From the NCBI GenBank assembly GCA_046704725.1, contig JBJKRI010000005.1, positions 96,001-160,000 of the forward strand: a stretch of 64,000 nucleotides of DNA, read 5' to 3'. Shown here piece after piece: positions 48,348 to 57,922 of this stretch. Source of the DNA: Candidatus Woesearchaeota archaeon. Its GTDB lineage: Archaea > Nanobdellota > Nanobdellia > Woesearchaeales > SKIA01. Each line of letters begins with the position of its first letter. The first letter of the stretch is position 1. A model generated the notes under the pieces. It was not told where the DNA came from and searched no databases. It worked only from the letters and a program-made list of their open reading frames with translations. A program made the translations under genes and the position numbers.

Positions 48348-48764
48348 ATGGATCGCGTCGTCATCGCCGAGCACCTGCTCAACAACAGCTATCCGGCGCT
48401 CAAGGACCCCAAGATATTGCTGTCGGTCGTGCAGAACCTGCTCGACGCCATCGAGGAGCGCGTCACCGCAAGCCTCGAGGAAGCACGCAAGAACCATGAG
48501 ATACCGCCCTACAGCGACACGCTCAACGGCAAGCTCACCGCCTACAGGATGCACCTGGCGAAGAAGAAAGGCGTGCATCCCGTGGACTTCATGCTCGTTT
48601 CGGAACTCCAGGAGCTGTTGACGCAGCACGACAGCGCACCGGTCGAGTTCCGGCGAAAGGACGCCCTGGTCATCGCGGACGCGGACTACAGGCTCTCCAC
48701 ATTGACCAAAGAGAAGACAAAGACATATATAGAACGCACAAAATCGCTGCTGACGCGCGCATGA
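48348..48764 (+). CDS. Hypothetical helical protein
   Basis: AEHLL..SYP..KDPKILL...PVEFRRK; GGAGG upstream. Confidence 0.8.
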   Translation: MDRVVIAEHLLNNSYPALKDPKILLSVVQNLLDAIEERVTASLEEARKNHEIPPYSDTLNGKLTAYRMHLAKKKGVHPVDFMLVSELQELLTQHDSAPVEFRRKDALVIADADYRLSTLTKEKTKTYIERTKSLLTRA

Positions 48765-49252
48765 CCGAAGAATCCGAATTTCTCGAGGAGGCCGTCGAAG
48801 AGCTCAAGCGCGTGGACCACCTGGTCTACGTCTCGCTCAAGTACACTCGAACAGTCGATGTGCTGCTCAACATCATCAACCGCATGATCGACGGCTACGA
48901 GGAGATGTGGAACGCATTGCTGGCGCGGCTGCACAACGAGAAGAAGATAGAGGAGGTGCCGACAGCCCCCATCGTGAAAGCGAACGTCATCCTCGACAAC
49001 TACGAGCAGCAGGAGATACAGGACAACGTCCAATTGTACCTGCTCTTGCGCAAGCTGCACCGCTCGAATCCTGAACGGGAACAGGAGTACCGGCGCCACG
49101 TCACGATGCGCACGATCATCGACGGGCGCGAGGAGATCGTGAACATCGACATCATCACCCAATACTACCACATGCAGAAATCCTTTCTCATGTGGCTGTA
49201 CCAGTTCTTCAAGCCGCCCGAAGAGCCCGCGAAGAAGAAAAAGAAGAAGTAG
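48761..49252 (+). CDS. Hypothetical helical protein (distant paralog of the upstream gene)
   Basis: VDHLVYVSLKYTRTVDV...EYRRHVTM; ATGA overlap. Confidence 0.85.
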   Translation: MTEESEFLEEAVEELKRVDHLVYVSLKYTRTVDVLLNIINRMIDGYEEMWNALLARLHNEKKIEEVPTAPIVKANVILDNYEQQEIQDNVQLYLLLRKLHRSNPEREQEYRRHVTMRTIIDGREEIVNIDIITQYYHMQKSFLMWLYQFFKPPEEPAKKKKKK

Positions 49253-49277
49253 TGCAGCACGATCATTGGATTCCACG

Positions 49278-49726
49278 ATGAAGGACATCTACCTCACCTC
49301 AACGCTCAAGCACGAATGGAACAGGGATTTCAACCCCTTGCTGTGCCAAGAGCTTGAGAAACGCGGCTTTTCATGCCATCTCCCCAGCGGGACACCGATC
49401 AGGACGGCACTTCGGAAGATAAGTACGTCCAGAACATCGCGGCCATGGACGATGCTCGTCTTGTCATCGCCGTGGGCGAGCATGAGAGTGTGAACTGGGG
49501 ATTAGAGGTCGGCTACGCTTTCGGGAAAGGGCAGCCTGTGGTGCTTCTCACGCAGTCTGAGCACTTCATCCCTGTCATGTCACTCGGCATGTATGCCGAA
49601 ATCGTCCGTGCAGACGATCTGGACCGTATCGAGGCGTATATCGAAACGTTGGAGCGGGCCTGTCGACGTTCAATCGCCGCGCTGGAGGACGCTCCTGTAC
49701 CTGCGGCGACTCGAGAAGGCGTGTAG
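49278..49726 (+). pseudogene. Nucleoside 2-deoxyribosyltransferase-family gene interrupted by a 1-nt frameshift at ~49385
   Basis: Frame A MKDIYL...GFSCHLP continues as PQRD...EVGYAFGKGQPVV in frame B; the C4 run needs a fifth C. Confidence 0.8.
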
Positions 49727-50082
49727 CGTCATACTTCTTCACACGTTTACCGGAATCTCTATTTAAACACAGCCAAATCTTTAAATACGATTCCGCCATC
49801 CCGCTCATTGCGCACGGCATAGGTCCTTCCACAAGCGAGGCGTGACGCCTAGCGATGAATGCGGAGCCACAACCGCGCGCATCAGCCCTCAACGAGAGTA
49901 CCCGTACGAGCTCACGGTGACACCACCAACGCTATGAAGGCGGGAGTTAGTTGCGAGGGCATCACCATCACCCGACATCACCGCATCACCACTCACAATC
50001 ACGACGCGCCGGCACGGGAGCACCTGCCGGCAAGACGCAAGTGATTTCTTGAGGGCAGACGGTGGTGGGAGGACCACCACAA

Positions 50083-51324
50083 ATGGCCAAAATCAGCCAA
50101 GCATCGGCAAAATACATCATCCACGCGAAAATCGACATAGACGGCGTCGTCGACCGCCCCGACGTGGTCGGCGCCATCTTCGGGCAGATCGAGGGGCTCC
50201 TCGGAGCGGACCTCGAACTGCGCGAGCTCCAACGCAGCGGCCGCATCGGCCGCATCGAGGTCAACGTCGACTCCAAGGGCGGCAAGACGAGCGGGACCAT
50301 CATGATCCCCAGCTCCTTGGACAAGGCGGAGACAGCGATCGTCGGCGGCGCGCTCGAGATCATCGAGCGCATCGGCCCGTGCAGCGCGAAGATCAACGTC
50401 ACGCGCATCGAGGACGAACGCATCGCCAAGCGACAGCAAGTCATCAACCGCGCCAAGCAACTGCTCAAGACACTGACGGACACGGAGCTTCCCGACAGCC
50501 AAGAACTCAGCACGGAAGTCAGCGACTCGGTCAAGATGAGCGACATCAAGGCGTACGGCAAGGACAAGCTCGCCTGCGGCCCGGACATCGCCACCAGCGA
50601 AGAGATCATCTTCGTGGAAGGGCGCGCCGACGTCGTGAACCTGCTCCGTCATGGCTTCAAGAACGCGATCGCCGTGAACGGCACGAGCGCTCCCGAGACC
50701 GCGCGAAAGCTCAGCAAGGAGAAGACCGTTACATTGTTCACCGACGGGGACCGAGGAGGAGACCTCATCATCAAGGAACTCATGTCCGTGTGCAAGCTCG
50801 ACTACATTACCAAGGCCCCCGACGGAAAAGAGGTCGAGGAGCTGCAGAAAAAAGAGATCCACCAGGCGCTGCGCAGCCGCGTGCCCTCAAAGGACTGGGG
50901 CAAGCGCGGACGCGCCAAGACGAGCCGGCGCGAATCGAAGACGAGCACGCGCAAGGACAGCCGCTCGCGCTCGAGCCGCTCAAGGAATGACTCGCGCGAC
51001 TCTCGCGGACGCTCCCCGAAGAAGAGCTCCCCGACACTGACCGCGGACGACAAGAAGCGCTTCTCCAAGCTCCAGAAAGAGCTCGAAGGCAGCAAGGACG
51101 CCTACGTGCTCGACAAGAAAGGAGAAGTCCTCGGAAAGGTTCCCGTCAAGGAACTGCCGGGGATACTGCCTAACCTCGACAACGTCAGCGCGGTCATCTG
51201 CGACGGCGAGGTCGACAAGGACGCTGCCGCCGCCATAGACAAGGCGCGCGTGAAGTGCGTCGTGGTCAACGAGGAGGCGCCCAAGATGCGCGTCGCCACC
51301 GTGACCGCAGAGGAACTCCAGTAG
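50083..51324 (+). CDS. dnaG: Archaeal DnaG (bacterial-type primase homolog / exosome-associated)
   Basis: GVVDRPDVVGAIFGQIEGLLG..L.LRELQRSGRIGRI, TOPRIM VEGRADV, DGDRGG, GKEVEEL. Confidence 0.96.
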   Translation: MAKISQASAKYIIHAKIDIDGVVDRPDVVGAIFGQIEGLLGADLELRELQRSGRIGRIEVNVDSKGGKTSGTIMIPSSLDKAETAIVGGALEIIERIGPCSAKINVTRIEDERIAKRQQVINRAKQLLKTLTDTELPDSQELSTEVSDSVKMSDIKAYGKDKLACGPDIATSEEIIFVEGRADVVNLLRHGFKNAIAVNGTSAPETARKLSKEKTVTLFTDGDRGGDLIIKELMSVCKLDYITKAPDGKEVEELQKKEIHQALRSRVPSKDWGKRGRAKTSRRESKTSTRKDSRSRSSRSRNDSRDSRGRSPKKSSPTLTADDKKRFSKLQKELEGSKDAYVLDKKGEVLGKVPVKELPGILPNLDNVSAVICDGEVDKDAAAAIDKARVKCVVVNEEAPKMRVATVTAEELQ

Positions 51325-51332
51325 GAATCCCC

Positions 51333-51809
51333 ATGGCAGTCGCGGTCGCAGATATCCGTGAACGCTTGGACGCACTGCACCGGAAACCAGGAATAGACAT
51401 CGCTGAAGAGGCGAAATTCGCGGATCGGCGAATCGAAAATGCGACGTGGGCTCCCCCGCTCACCTCGTGCTTCACGTATGCGCTGCGCCAAGAAAGACAG
51501 ATTAATCCAAGACACGCACTTGCGCTCATGCGAATCGCGCAATGGACGGACACGCCGCGGCCGAGCGATCTCGCCTGGTATGTGCGGGGCGGCGAACCGA
51601 AGCACCTCGGCGTCTATGTCGGCGAAGAGATGGTTCGATCAAAGTGGGGAGAAGGGCCTGCCCTGCGCCATCCACCGCTGTCGGTTCCCTCGCGTTACGG
51701 CGAGCTTCGTTACTCGCGCCCGTTGAAACAAGAGGATGTGGATGCGGTGATCGCTGCGTTCGACGCACAAGACCTGCGCGCATGCATGGGGGGCGCTTTT
51801 GGCAATTAA
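51333..51809 (+). CDS. Hypothetical protein, possible papain-like Cys-His fold
   Basis: SCFTYAL...HLGVY...RSKWG...H....VPSRYG. Confidence 0.6.
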   Translation: MAVAVADIRERLDALHRKPGIDIAEEAKFADRRIENATWAPPLTSCFTYALRQERQINPRHALALMRIAQWTDTPRPSDLAWYVRGGEPKHLGVYVGEEMVRSKWGEGPALRHPPLSVPSRYGELRYSRPLKQEDVDAVIAAFDAQDLRACMGGAFGN

Positions 51810-52476
51810 CCCGTCGCGGGAGGAGTGGAAGATCCGGAAAGGAGTCTTCGACGCCTTCACGCTGCGGGTGCTGGAAAAACTGCGCGGACAAGGGCACTTC
51901 GAGGATATCAAGAGCCCGGTCGCTCTGGGAAAAGAGGCGAACGTCTTCACCGCCGTCGCTGAAGAGCCGACCATCATCAAGATCTACCGCTTGGAGAACC
52001 GCGATTTCACGCGTATGCTCGAGTACCTGCGCGCGGACCCGCGATACATGCACGTGAAGCGGAGAAAGCGCGACATCGTCTTCGCCTGGACGCAACGGGA
52101 GTACCGCAACCTCTTGCTGGCGAGAGAAGCCATACCCGTGCCCAAACCCATCGCTTTTTCCAAGAACGTGCTGCTCATGTCGCAGGTCGGCAAGATTCCA
52201 GCGCCCAAGCTCAAGGACGCGAAGCTCGACGACCCCGACGCGTTCTTCTCATTGGTCGTGGAGCGCATGCACGCCTTGAAGAGGCGCGGATTGGTGCACG
52301 GCGACCTATCGGACTTCAATATCCTCGTGGACGACCAGCAGCCGATATTCATCGACTTCTCGCAAGCGAGCCCTGTGAGCTCGCCGCACGCGCAAGAGAT
52401 GTGGGAGCGCGACGTCAAGAACATCACGACCGCAGCCAATCGCTTCGGCGTGACGCTCGAACTCGGCCCCTTCTGA
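51799..52476 (+). CDS. rio1: RIO1-family serine kinase
   Basis: GKEANVF, IKIYR, W..REYRNL, LVHGDLSDFNIL, IDFSQA, RDVKN. Confidence 0.93.
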   Translation: MAINPSREEWKIRKGVFDAFTLRVLEKLRGQGHFEDIKSPVALGKEANVFTAVAEEPTIIKIYRLENRDFTRMLEYLRADPRYMHVKRRKRDIVFAWTQREYRNLLLAREAIPVPKPIAFSKNVLLMSQVGKIPAPKLKDAKLDDPDAFFSLVVERMHALKRRGLVHGDLSDFNILVDDQQPIFIDFSQASPVSSPHAQEMWERDVKNITTAANRFGVTLELGPF

Positions 52477-52518
52477 ACCCCGCCCAAGCTTTATAAGGCG
52501 CAGGCTATTCGCCAAGCC

Positions 52519-53073
52519 ATGTTCTCCTACGAGGTCAGGGTCCCCAAAGAGCGCGTCGCGGTCGTCATCGGCCATAACGGCGAGTCCAAGCGCGCCTTGG
52601 AGGAAGCGACGAAGACGCGTATCGAGGTGGACAGCCAGGAAGGCCTGGTCACGGTGTCGGGAGAAGAAGCGGTCTTGCTATACACCGCGCAGCAGGTCAT
52701 CAAGGCCATAGGCCGCGGATTCAATCCTGACGTGGCGATGCGATTGCTCAAGCAGGACTGGGCCTTCGAGCTCATCGACCTGTCCGACTACAGCACGCAC
52801 AAGAACCATCAGCTGCGCATGAAAGGACGCGTCATCGGACAAGGAGGGAAAGCGCGGCGCATCATCGAGGACCTGGCAGAGGCGAGCGTCTCGGTCTACG
52901 GCAAGACAATAGCGATCATCGCGCCCATCGAGACGATGGGCATGGCCAAGAACGCCGTCGAATCATTGCTCGAAGGAGCCAAGCACAGCACAGTGTACAA
53001 GGCATTGGAGCGGAAGCGCAGGGAACTGCGATTCGCACGCGCGACGGGAACGAATCCCGAGCGAAGCGGGTAA
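52519..53073 (+). CDS. KH-domain rRNA-processing protein (Dim2/Pno1)
   Basis: RVAVVIG..G, AIGRGFNP, KGRVIG..GKAR..IE, G.KHSTVY. Confidence 0.92.
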   Translation: MFSYEVRVPKERVAVVIGHNGESKRALEEATKTRIEVDSQEGLVTVSGEEAVLLYTAQQVIKAIGRGFNPDVAMRLLKQDWAFELIDLSDYSTHKNHQLRMKGRVIGQGGKARRIIEDLAEASVSVYGKTIAIIAPIETMGMAKNAVESLLEGAKHSTVYKALERKRRELRFARATGTNPERSG

Positions 53074-53105
53074 ACGCTTTTTAAGGACCGGTCCTTGCGC
53101 AACAC

Positions 53106-53960
53106 GTGGCGCAGATACAGGTCTTCTACATCATCGGCGTGGGGGTCGCGACGATCGTCCTCGCGCAGCTCGCGAACTGGCTCATGAAGCGCAGCTTCAA
53201 GCGCATCGACAAGGAAGCGAAGAAATTGTCCATGCTCAAGCTCGAGCCGTACGCGGAGCGCGCGACGCGTTTCGCAGTGGTGCGAAGACTGATCGTGGCC
53301 GCCATCGGTGTGGTCGGCCTCGGATTCATCGTGCTCTCGCTGCCGGGAGCGCAGAACATCGCCTACAGCCTCTTGGCAGGGGCGGGCGTGGCAGCGATCA
53401 TCGTGGGCCTTGCCGTCCAGAAGAGCTTCGCGAACGTGTTCGCCGGAGTGATGATCGCGTTCTCGCAACCGTTCCGGATCGGCGACAACGTGAACTTCCG
53501 CGGGGATTTCTGCACCGTCGAGGATATCGGACTGGCCTACACGACGATGCGTATCTGGACGAACGAACGAATCGTCATACCGAACAGCGTGCTCTCCGAA
53601 GAGGTCATCCACAACTACTCGTTGCACGATACAAAAATGTTCGGGGTGCTCTACATGAACGTCGCGTACGACACCAACCTCAAGAAAGCGCGCGAGATAC
53701 TGCTCGAAGAGGTGCGAAAGCACCCGAACTTCCTCGACGCGCGAACCAGCAAAGAGAAGGGCGCTGGCGCGCCGGACGCGGAGGTGCTCATGACCGACCT
53801 CAAAGATTCATCAGTGGAACTGCGCGCGCAGTTCTGGGCGGCGAACCAAGGGAATCTCTGGCGCATGCAACAGGACGTGCGAGAAGCGGTCTTCGAGCGG
53901 TTCAAGAAAGCAGGGATCACCGTGCCGTACCCGCAACGCGACGTACACGTCAAGCGTTAG
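53106..53960 (+). CDS. mscS: Small-conductance mechanosensitive channel
   Basis: GAGVAAIIVGLAVQ..AN..AG, QPFRIGD, IPNS, VAYDTN, GITVPYPQ. Confidence 0.92.
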   Translation: MAQIQVFYIIGVGVATIVLAQLANWLMKRSFKRIDKEAKKLSMLKLEPYAERATRFAVVRRLIVAAIGVVGLGFIVLSLPGAQNIAYSLLAGAGVAAIIVGLAVQKSFANVFAGVMIAFSQPFRIGDNVNFRGDFCTVEDIGLAYTTMRIWTNERIVIPNSVLSEEVIHNYSLHDTKMFGVLYMNVAYDTNLKKAREILLEEVRKHPNFLDARTSKEKGAGAPDAEVLMTDLKDSSVELRAQFWAANQGNLWRMQQDVREAVFERFKKAGITVPYPQRDVHVKR

Positions 53961-54652
53961 AACCGATTGCTGTCGATAGTCTCTCCCTGCTCCCAGTGCA
54001 TCTGGTGCAAGAAACCGTCCTTCGCTTGTCCGAGCGCGTAGTCCAGCGCCTGCACCATCTTTTTCGTGAACGGAGCGAGCACGTACGCCTTGGCCAGGCG
54101 GGTGACCGGGAAGCGCGGGGCGCTCACAGGAGCCTCTTCTTGCTGTATGCGGACCGCCCATTGCCCCGCGACGTGGAAGTCGGACGCGGAGGGAAGCGTG
54201 CCGAGCGTGTACAGCAAGTCGATGAGGCTCTTGTTCCCTCGTACGAGCGGCTCGGTCTTCTCTTTGGAGGGAAAGCCCATCGCCTCCTGGATGCCCTGGT
54301 GCATGTAGACGTCTTGCTGATCGCTGCCGCGTAGGCGTCGCTTGAACCAAGGATGCGGTGACCGCACCACTCTCACCTCAGACAGTCCGGAACCGAGGTC
54401 GTAGGACGACTCCACCGAACTCACCGGCCAGGTGCTCTGGATGACTGCCGCAGCGAAGGCCTGCGCGCTCTCTTGGAGAGACTCCATTCCTATTGCGATG
54501 GTGTGCGGCTCTTCGTTGAGGCGGAACCACATGCCATACCTGCTCGGATAGTCTGTCGCCGTGAAATGCGCGTATTCGGGCCCGGAGTGCCTCCATAACT
54601 CCCGCATAAGCGCTGGAAGGTTCGGTGGCGTTGTCCTCAATTCGACGTGCAT
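53957..54652 (-). CDS. Hypothetical protein
   Basis: 231-aa ORF, convergent 4-nt overlap with mscS. Confidence 0.6.
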   Translation of the reverse strand: MHVELRTTPPNLPALMRELWRHSGPEYAHFTATDYPSRYGMWFRLNEEPHTIAIGMESLQESAQAFAAAVIQSTWPVSSVESSYDLGSGLSEVRVVRSPHPWFKRRLRGSDQQDVYMHQGIQEAMGFPSKEKTEPLVRGNKSLIDLLYTLGTLPSASDFHVAGQWAVRIQQEEAPVSAPRFPVTRLAKAYVLAPFTKKMVQALDYALGQAKDGFLHQMHWEQGETIDSNRF

Positions 54653-54678
54653 GGCCCTGGCACGACTAAGCCATATTT

Positions 54679-55092
54679 CTACCTTGCGGGACCAAGGTGG
54701 AACGCCCGCTCCCCACCGAACTGTCTCAGCCGCAACGTCGAGTACTCACTTCCGATTTCGGGGGGCTGATAGGCGCCCATCCCCTGCACGATAAGCGCGT
54801 GCGGATTGTCCGATCGGAGATATTCTGCAACGTCAACGAACACTCCGGGCGACGATGGGGTCCAATCCCGACCGGCGAATCCGTGATACACATCGATGCG
54901 CAGGAGCTTTCCGCCCATCGGAAGCCGCACAGAAACTCTGAAGGACAGTGGCTCGGTAAAGCCCGCCTGGACGCGCGCCATCGCGCCGATGTTCGTGCCT
55001 CGACCACCGGGGAGACCCAGTCCGTTCCCGCGCGGGACGACGAGGACCTTATTCTCCTGGATGATGCATGCTAGCGACTCGTCGGCTTCCAT
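54679..55092 (-). CDS. Hypothetical protein, degenerate Nudix-like N-terminus
   Basis: ACII.ENKVLVV...LGLPGG but no REUXEE motif. Confidence 0.45.
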   Translation of the reverse strand: MEADESLACIIQENKVLVVPRGNGLGLPGGRGTNIGAMARVQAGFTEPLSFRVSVRLPMGGKLLRIDVYHGFAGRDWTPSSPGVFVDVAEYLRSDNPHALIVQGMGAYQPPEIGSEYSTLRLRQFGGERAFHLGPAR

Positions 55093-55169
55093 ACGGACGG
55101 AAGCTTCGGTCCGTTCAAGAAGCTGCCGGTCGCGATACCCTTAAAAAACCCGGTTTTCCCTCAGTCGGT

Positions 55170-56819
55170 GTGGCGACAGCGGAGGAACTGGCGAAGAAGC
55201 AACGCGAGATCAGCATCGCGGAGTTCTTCGAGAAGAACCGCCACTTATTGGGTTTCGATAACAAGCGGAAAGCGTTGCTGACCACGGTCAAGGAGGCCGT
55301 GGACAACGCCCTGGACGCGTGCGAGGAGGCGGGCATCCTGCCCGACCTCGAGGTCGAGCTCATCGACATGGGAAGCGACCGCTACCGCATCATCGTCGAG
55401 GACAACGGACCGGGCATCGTGCGCGCCCAGATACCCAAGATCTTCGCCAAGCTCTTGTACGGCAGCAAGTTTCACAAGCTCGCGCAGAGCCGTGGACAGC
55501 AGGGCATCGGCATATCGGCCTCGGTCATGTACGGGCAGCTCACGACGGGACGCGCGGCCAAGATCACGAGCAAGACAGAGAAAGAGAAACCGGCGCACTA
55601 CTTCGAGCTGCGCATCGACACGAGAAAGAACGAAGCGGAGATCGTGGCCGACGACATCAAGGAGTGGAGCAAGGAGCACGGAACGCGCATCGAGATAGAC
55701 CTGGAAGGACAGTACGCGAAGGGCGGGCAGAGCGTGGACGAGTACCTCAAGCAGACCGCGATCGTGAACCCCCACCTGCAATTGGTGTACGTGAACGCGC
55801 GCGGAGAGCAATACCTGTTCCCGCGAGCAACGAAGCAATTGCCCGAGGAGCCCGCCGAGATTCAGCCGCACCCCTACGGCATCGAGCTGGGCATGCTCTT
55901 GAAGATGCTGCAGCAGACCAAGCAACGCACGGTATTGGCGTTCCTGCGCGGGGAGTTCAGCAGGGTCTCGAACAGCGTGGCCAACGAGATCCTCGAGAAA
56001 GCCAAGATACCTCCCAAGACCAAGCCCGGCGCGCTGAGCAGGCAGCAGGGCGAGGACGTCATGAAGGCTATCCGGGACACGAAGATCATGGCCCCACCAA
56101 CGGACTGTATCAGCCCCATCGGGGAGGAACTATTGCTGAAAGGCCTCAAGAAGGAGATCAATGCCGAGTTCTACACGAGCGTCACGCGAAAGCCGGCGGT
56201 GTACCGCGGCAACCCGTTCGTCATCGAATGCGGCATCGCGTACGGCGGCAACCTCAAGGCGGACGGGAGCATCGACCTGCTGCGCTTCGCGAACAAAGTG
56301 CCCTTGCTCTACCAGCAAGGGGCATGCGCGGTCACAAAAGCCGTGTCCGAGACGAACTGGAAATCCTACGGCCTCGAGCAGAGCGGCAACAACCTGCCGC
56401 GCGGGCCCGCGGTGATCCTCGTGCACATGGCATCCGTGTGGGTGCCGTTCACTTCCGAAGCGAAAGAGGCTATCGCTCACTACGACGACATCATCAAGGA
56501 GATCAAGCTCGCCGTGCAAGAAGCGGGCAGGAAGCTGCAGGCCTACACCAAGAAGAAGCACCGCGTGCACCAGGAGCTCAAGAAGCGCTCGTACATCGAG
56601 AAATACATCCCGCACCTCGCACAAGGCGTGACCGACATCCTTGGACTCGATGTGGCGGACGAGGAGGCGCTCGAGCAAGAGCTCGTCGCATTGCTGGAGA
56701 AGCACCGCGGAAAGCTCGCCGACGTCGAGTTCGACGCGGGAAAGAACACGGAGTACGACGAGAGCTTCGCCAAGATCGGCAAGGAAGAGCCCGTGGAGGT
56801 GACCGATGGCGAAGAGTGA
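55170..56819 (+). CDS. top6B: DNA topoisomerase VI subunit B
   Basis: [53 protein letters not shown]. Confidence 0.97.
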   Translation: MATAEELAKKQREISIAEFFEKNRHLLGFDNKRKALLTTVKEAVDNALDACEEAGILPDLEVELIDMGSDRYRIIVEDNGPGIVRAQIPKIFAKLLYGSKFHKLAQSRGQQGIGISASVMYGQLTTGRAAKITSKTEKEKPAHYFELRIDTRKNEAEIVADDIKEWSKEHGTRIEIDLEGQYAKGGQSVDEYLKQTAIVNPHLQLVYVNARGEQYLFPRATKQLPEEPAEIQPHPYGIELGMLLKMLQQTKQRTVLAFLRGEFSRVSNSVANEILEKAKIPPKTKPGALSRQQGEDVMKAIRDTKIMAPPTDCISPIGEELLLKGLKKEINAEFYTSVTRKPAVYRGNPFVIECGIAYGGNLKADGSIDLLRFANKVPLLYQQGACAVTKAVSETNWKSYGLEQSGNNLPRGPAVILVHMASVWVPFTSEAKEAIAHYDDIIKEIKLAVQEAGRKLQAYTKKKHRVHQELKKRSYIEKYIPHLAQGVTDILGLDVADEEALEQELVALLEKHRGKLADVEFDAGKNTEYDESFAKIGKEEPVEVTDGEE

Positions 56820-57906
56820 GGCTGCGAAGGACGTGGTCAAGAAGATACAGGCCGTCGCGCTCAACATCAAGCAGCAGGCCGAGAAGAAAAAAGCGCCGGT
56901 CATGCGCACGCCCGTGCGATCGCTCTCCAACGTCAACTACGATACCAAGGCGGGCTATTTCATGCTCGGGAAGAACGTGAAGGAACGGCGCCTCAACGCG
57001 AACAGCGTCAAGACCTTCGCGCAGACCATGCTGTTGCTCAACGAGGCCAAGAAGGTCGTCGAGACAGATGACATCATGACGAAAAGGGAGGCCTACTACG
57101 TCTCGAAGAACTGGGGAGACGCCAAGTTCAACGAGCAGCCCGAATCCGACACCGTCATGGACGACATCGAGGCCATGCTGCGCGTGCAGCGCGAGCAGCT
57201 CGGTTTCGTGCCGGAGGAGGACGGCGGGGCGTGCGCGGGAAAGCTCGTCATCATCGACCACGACCCGGACACGGGAGAGGAGATCCGCGTGGACTGCAGC
57301 AAGATGGGTTCGGGAGCGTACAACATCCCGTCCGACGTCGAGCAATTGACATTCGAGACGAAGGCCAAGTTCATCCTCGCCATCGAGACGGCGGGCATGT
57401 TCCAGCGATTGGTCAAGCACAAGTATTACGACAAGGCGAGCTGCATACTCGTGAGCATGAAAGGCGTTCCTTCACGCGCGACACGGCGCTTCATCCGGCG
57501 GTTGTCGGACGCGTACAAGCTGCCCGTCTACGTCTTCACGGACGGCGACCCGTACGGGCACATGAACATCTACCGCACGCTGAAAGTCGGCTCCGGGAAC
57601 GCGGCGCACATCAACGAGTTCTTCTGCGTGCCCAACGCGCACTATCTCGGGGTCACGCCGCAGGACATCGAGGACTACGACCTGCCCACGCACAAACTGA
57701 CGGACACGGACGTGAAGCGCGCCAAGGACGCGCTCAAGAACGACCCATTCGTCAAGCAGCACAAGGAGTGGGAGAACGCCATCAAGCAACAGATCAAACT
57801 GGGCGTGCGTGCGGAACAGCAAGCATTGGCCAAGCATGGATTGAACTACGTGATGGAGAAGTACTTGCCGGACAAGATCGCCCATCCCGAGAAGTTCCTG
57901 CCCTGA
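56806..57906 (+). CDS. top6A: DNA topoisomerase VI subunit A
   Basis: TKREAYY (catalytic Tyr), [26 protein letters not shown]. Confidence 0.96.
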   Translation: MAKSEAAKDVVKKIQAVALNIKQQAEKKKAPVMRTPVRSLSNVNYDTKAGYFMLGKNVKERRLNANSVKTFAQTMLLLNEAKKVVETDDIMTKREAYYVSKNWGDAKFNEQPESDTVMDDIEAMLRVQREQLGFVPEEDGGACAGKLVIIDHDPDTGEEIRVDCSKMGSGAYNIPSDVEQLTFETKAKFILAIETAGMFQRLVKHKYYDKASCILVSMKGVPSRATRRFIRRLSDAYKLPVYVFTDGDPYGHMNIYRTLKVGSGNAAHINEFFCVPNAHYLGVTPQDIEDYDLPTHKLTDTDVKRAKDALKNDPFVKQHKEWENAIKQQIKLGVRAEQQALAKHGLNYVMEKYLPDKIAHPEKFLP

Positions 57907-57922
57907 AGAGGCCGGCTCGCAG

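Noticed and set aside
50005-50035. GGGAGCA hairpin suggesting SRP RNA helix 8
   Set aside because: Lacks the CAGG-stem-GGAA-stem-AGCA arrangement; kept only as part of the dnaG leader
49859-50080. 61-63 aa ORFs in the dnaG upstream region
   Set aside because: Atypical composition and no motifs; better explained as non-coding leader
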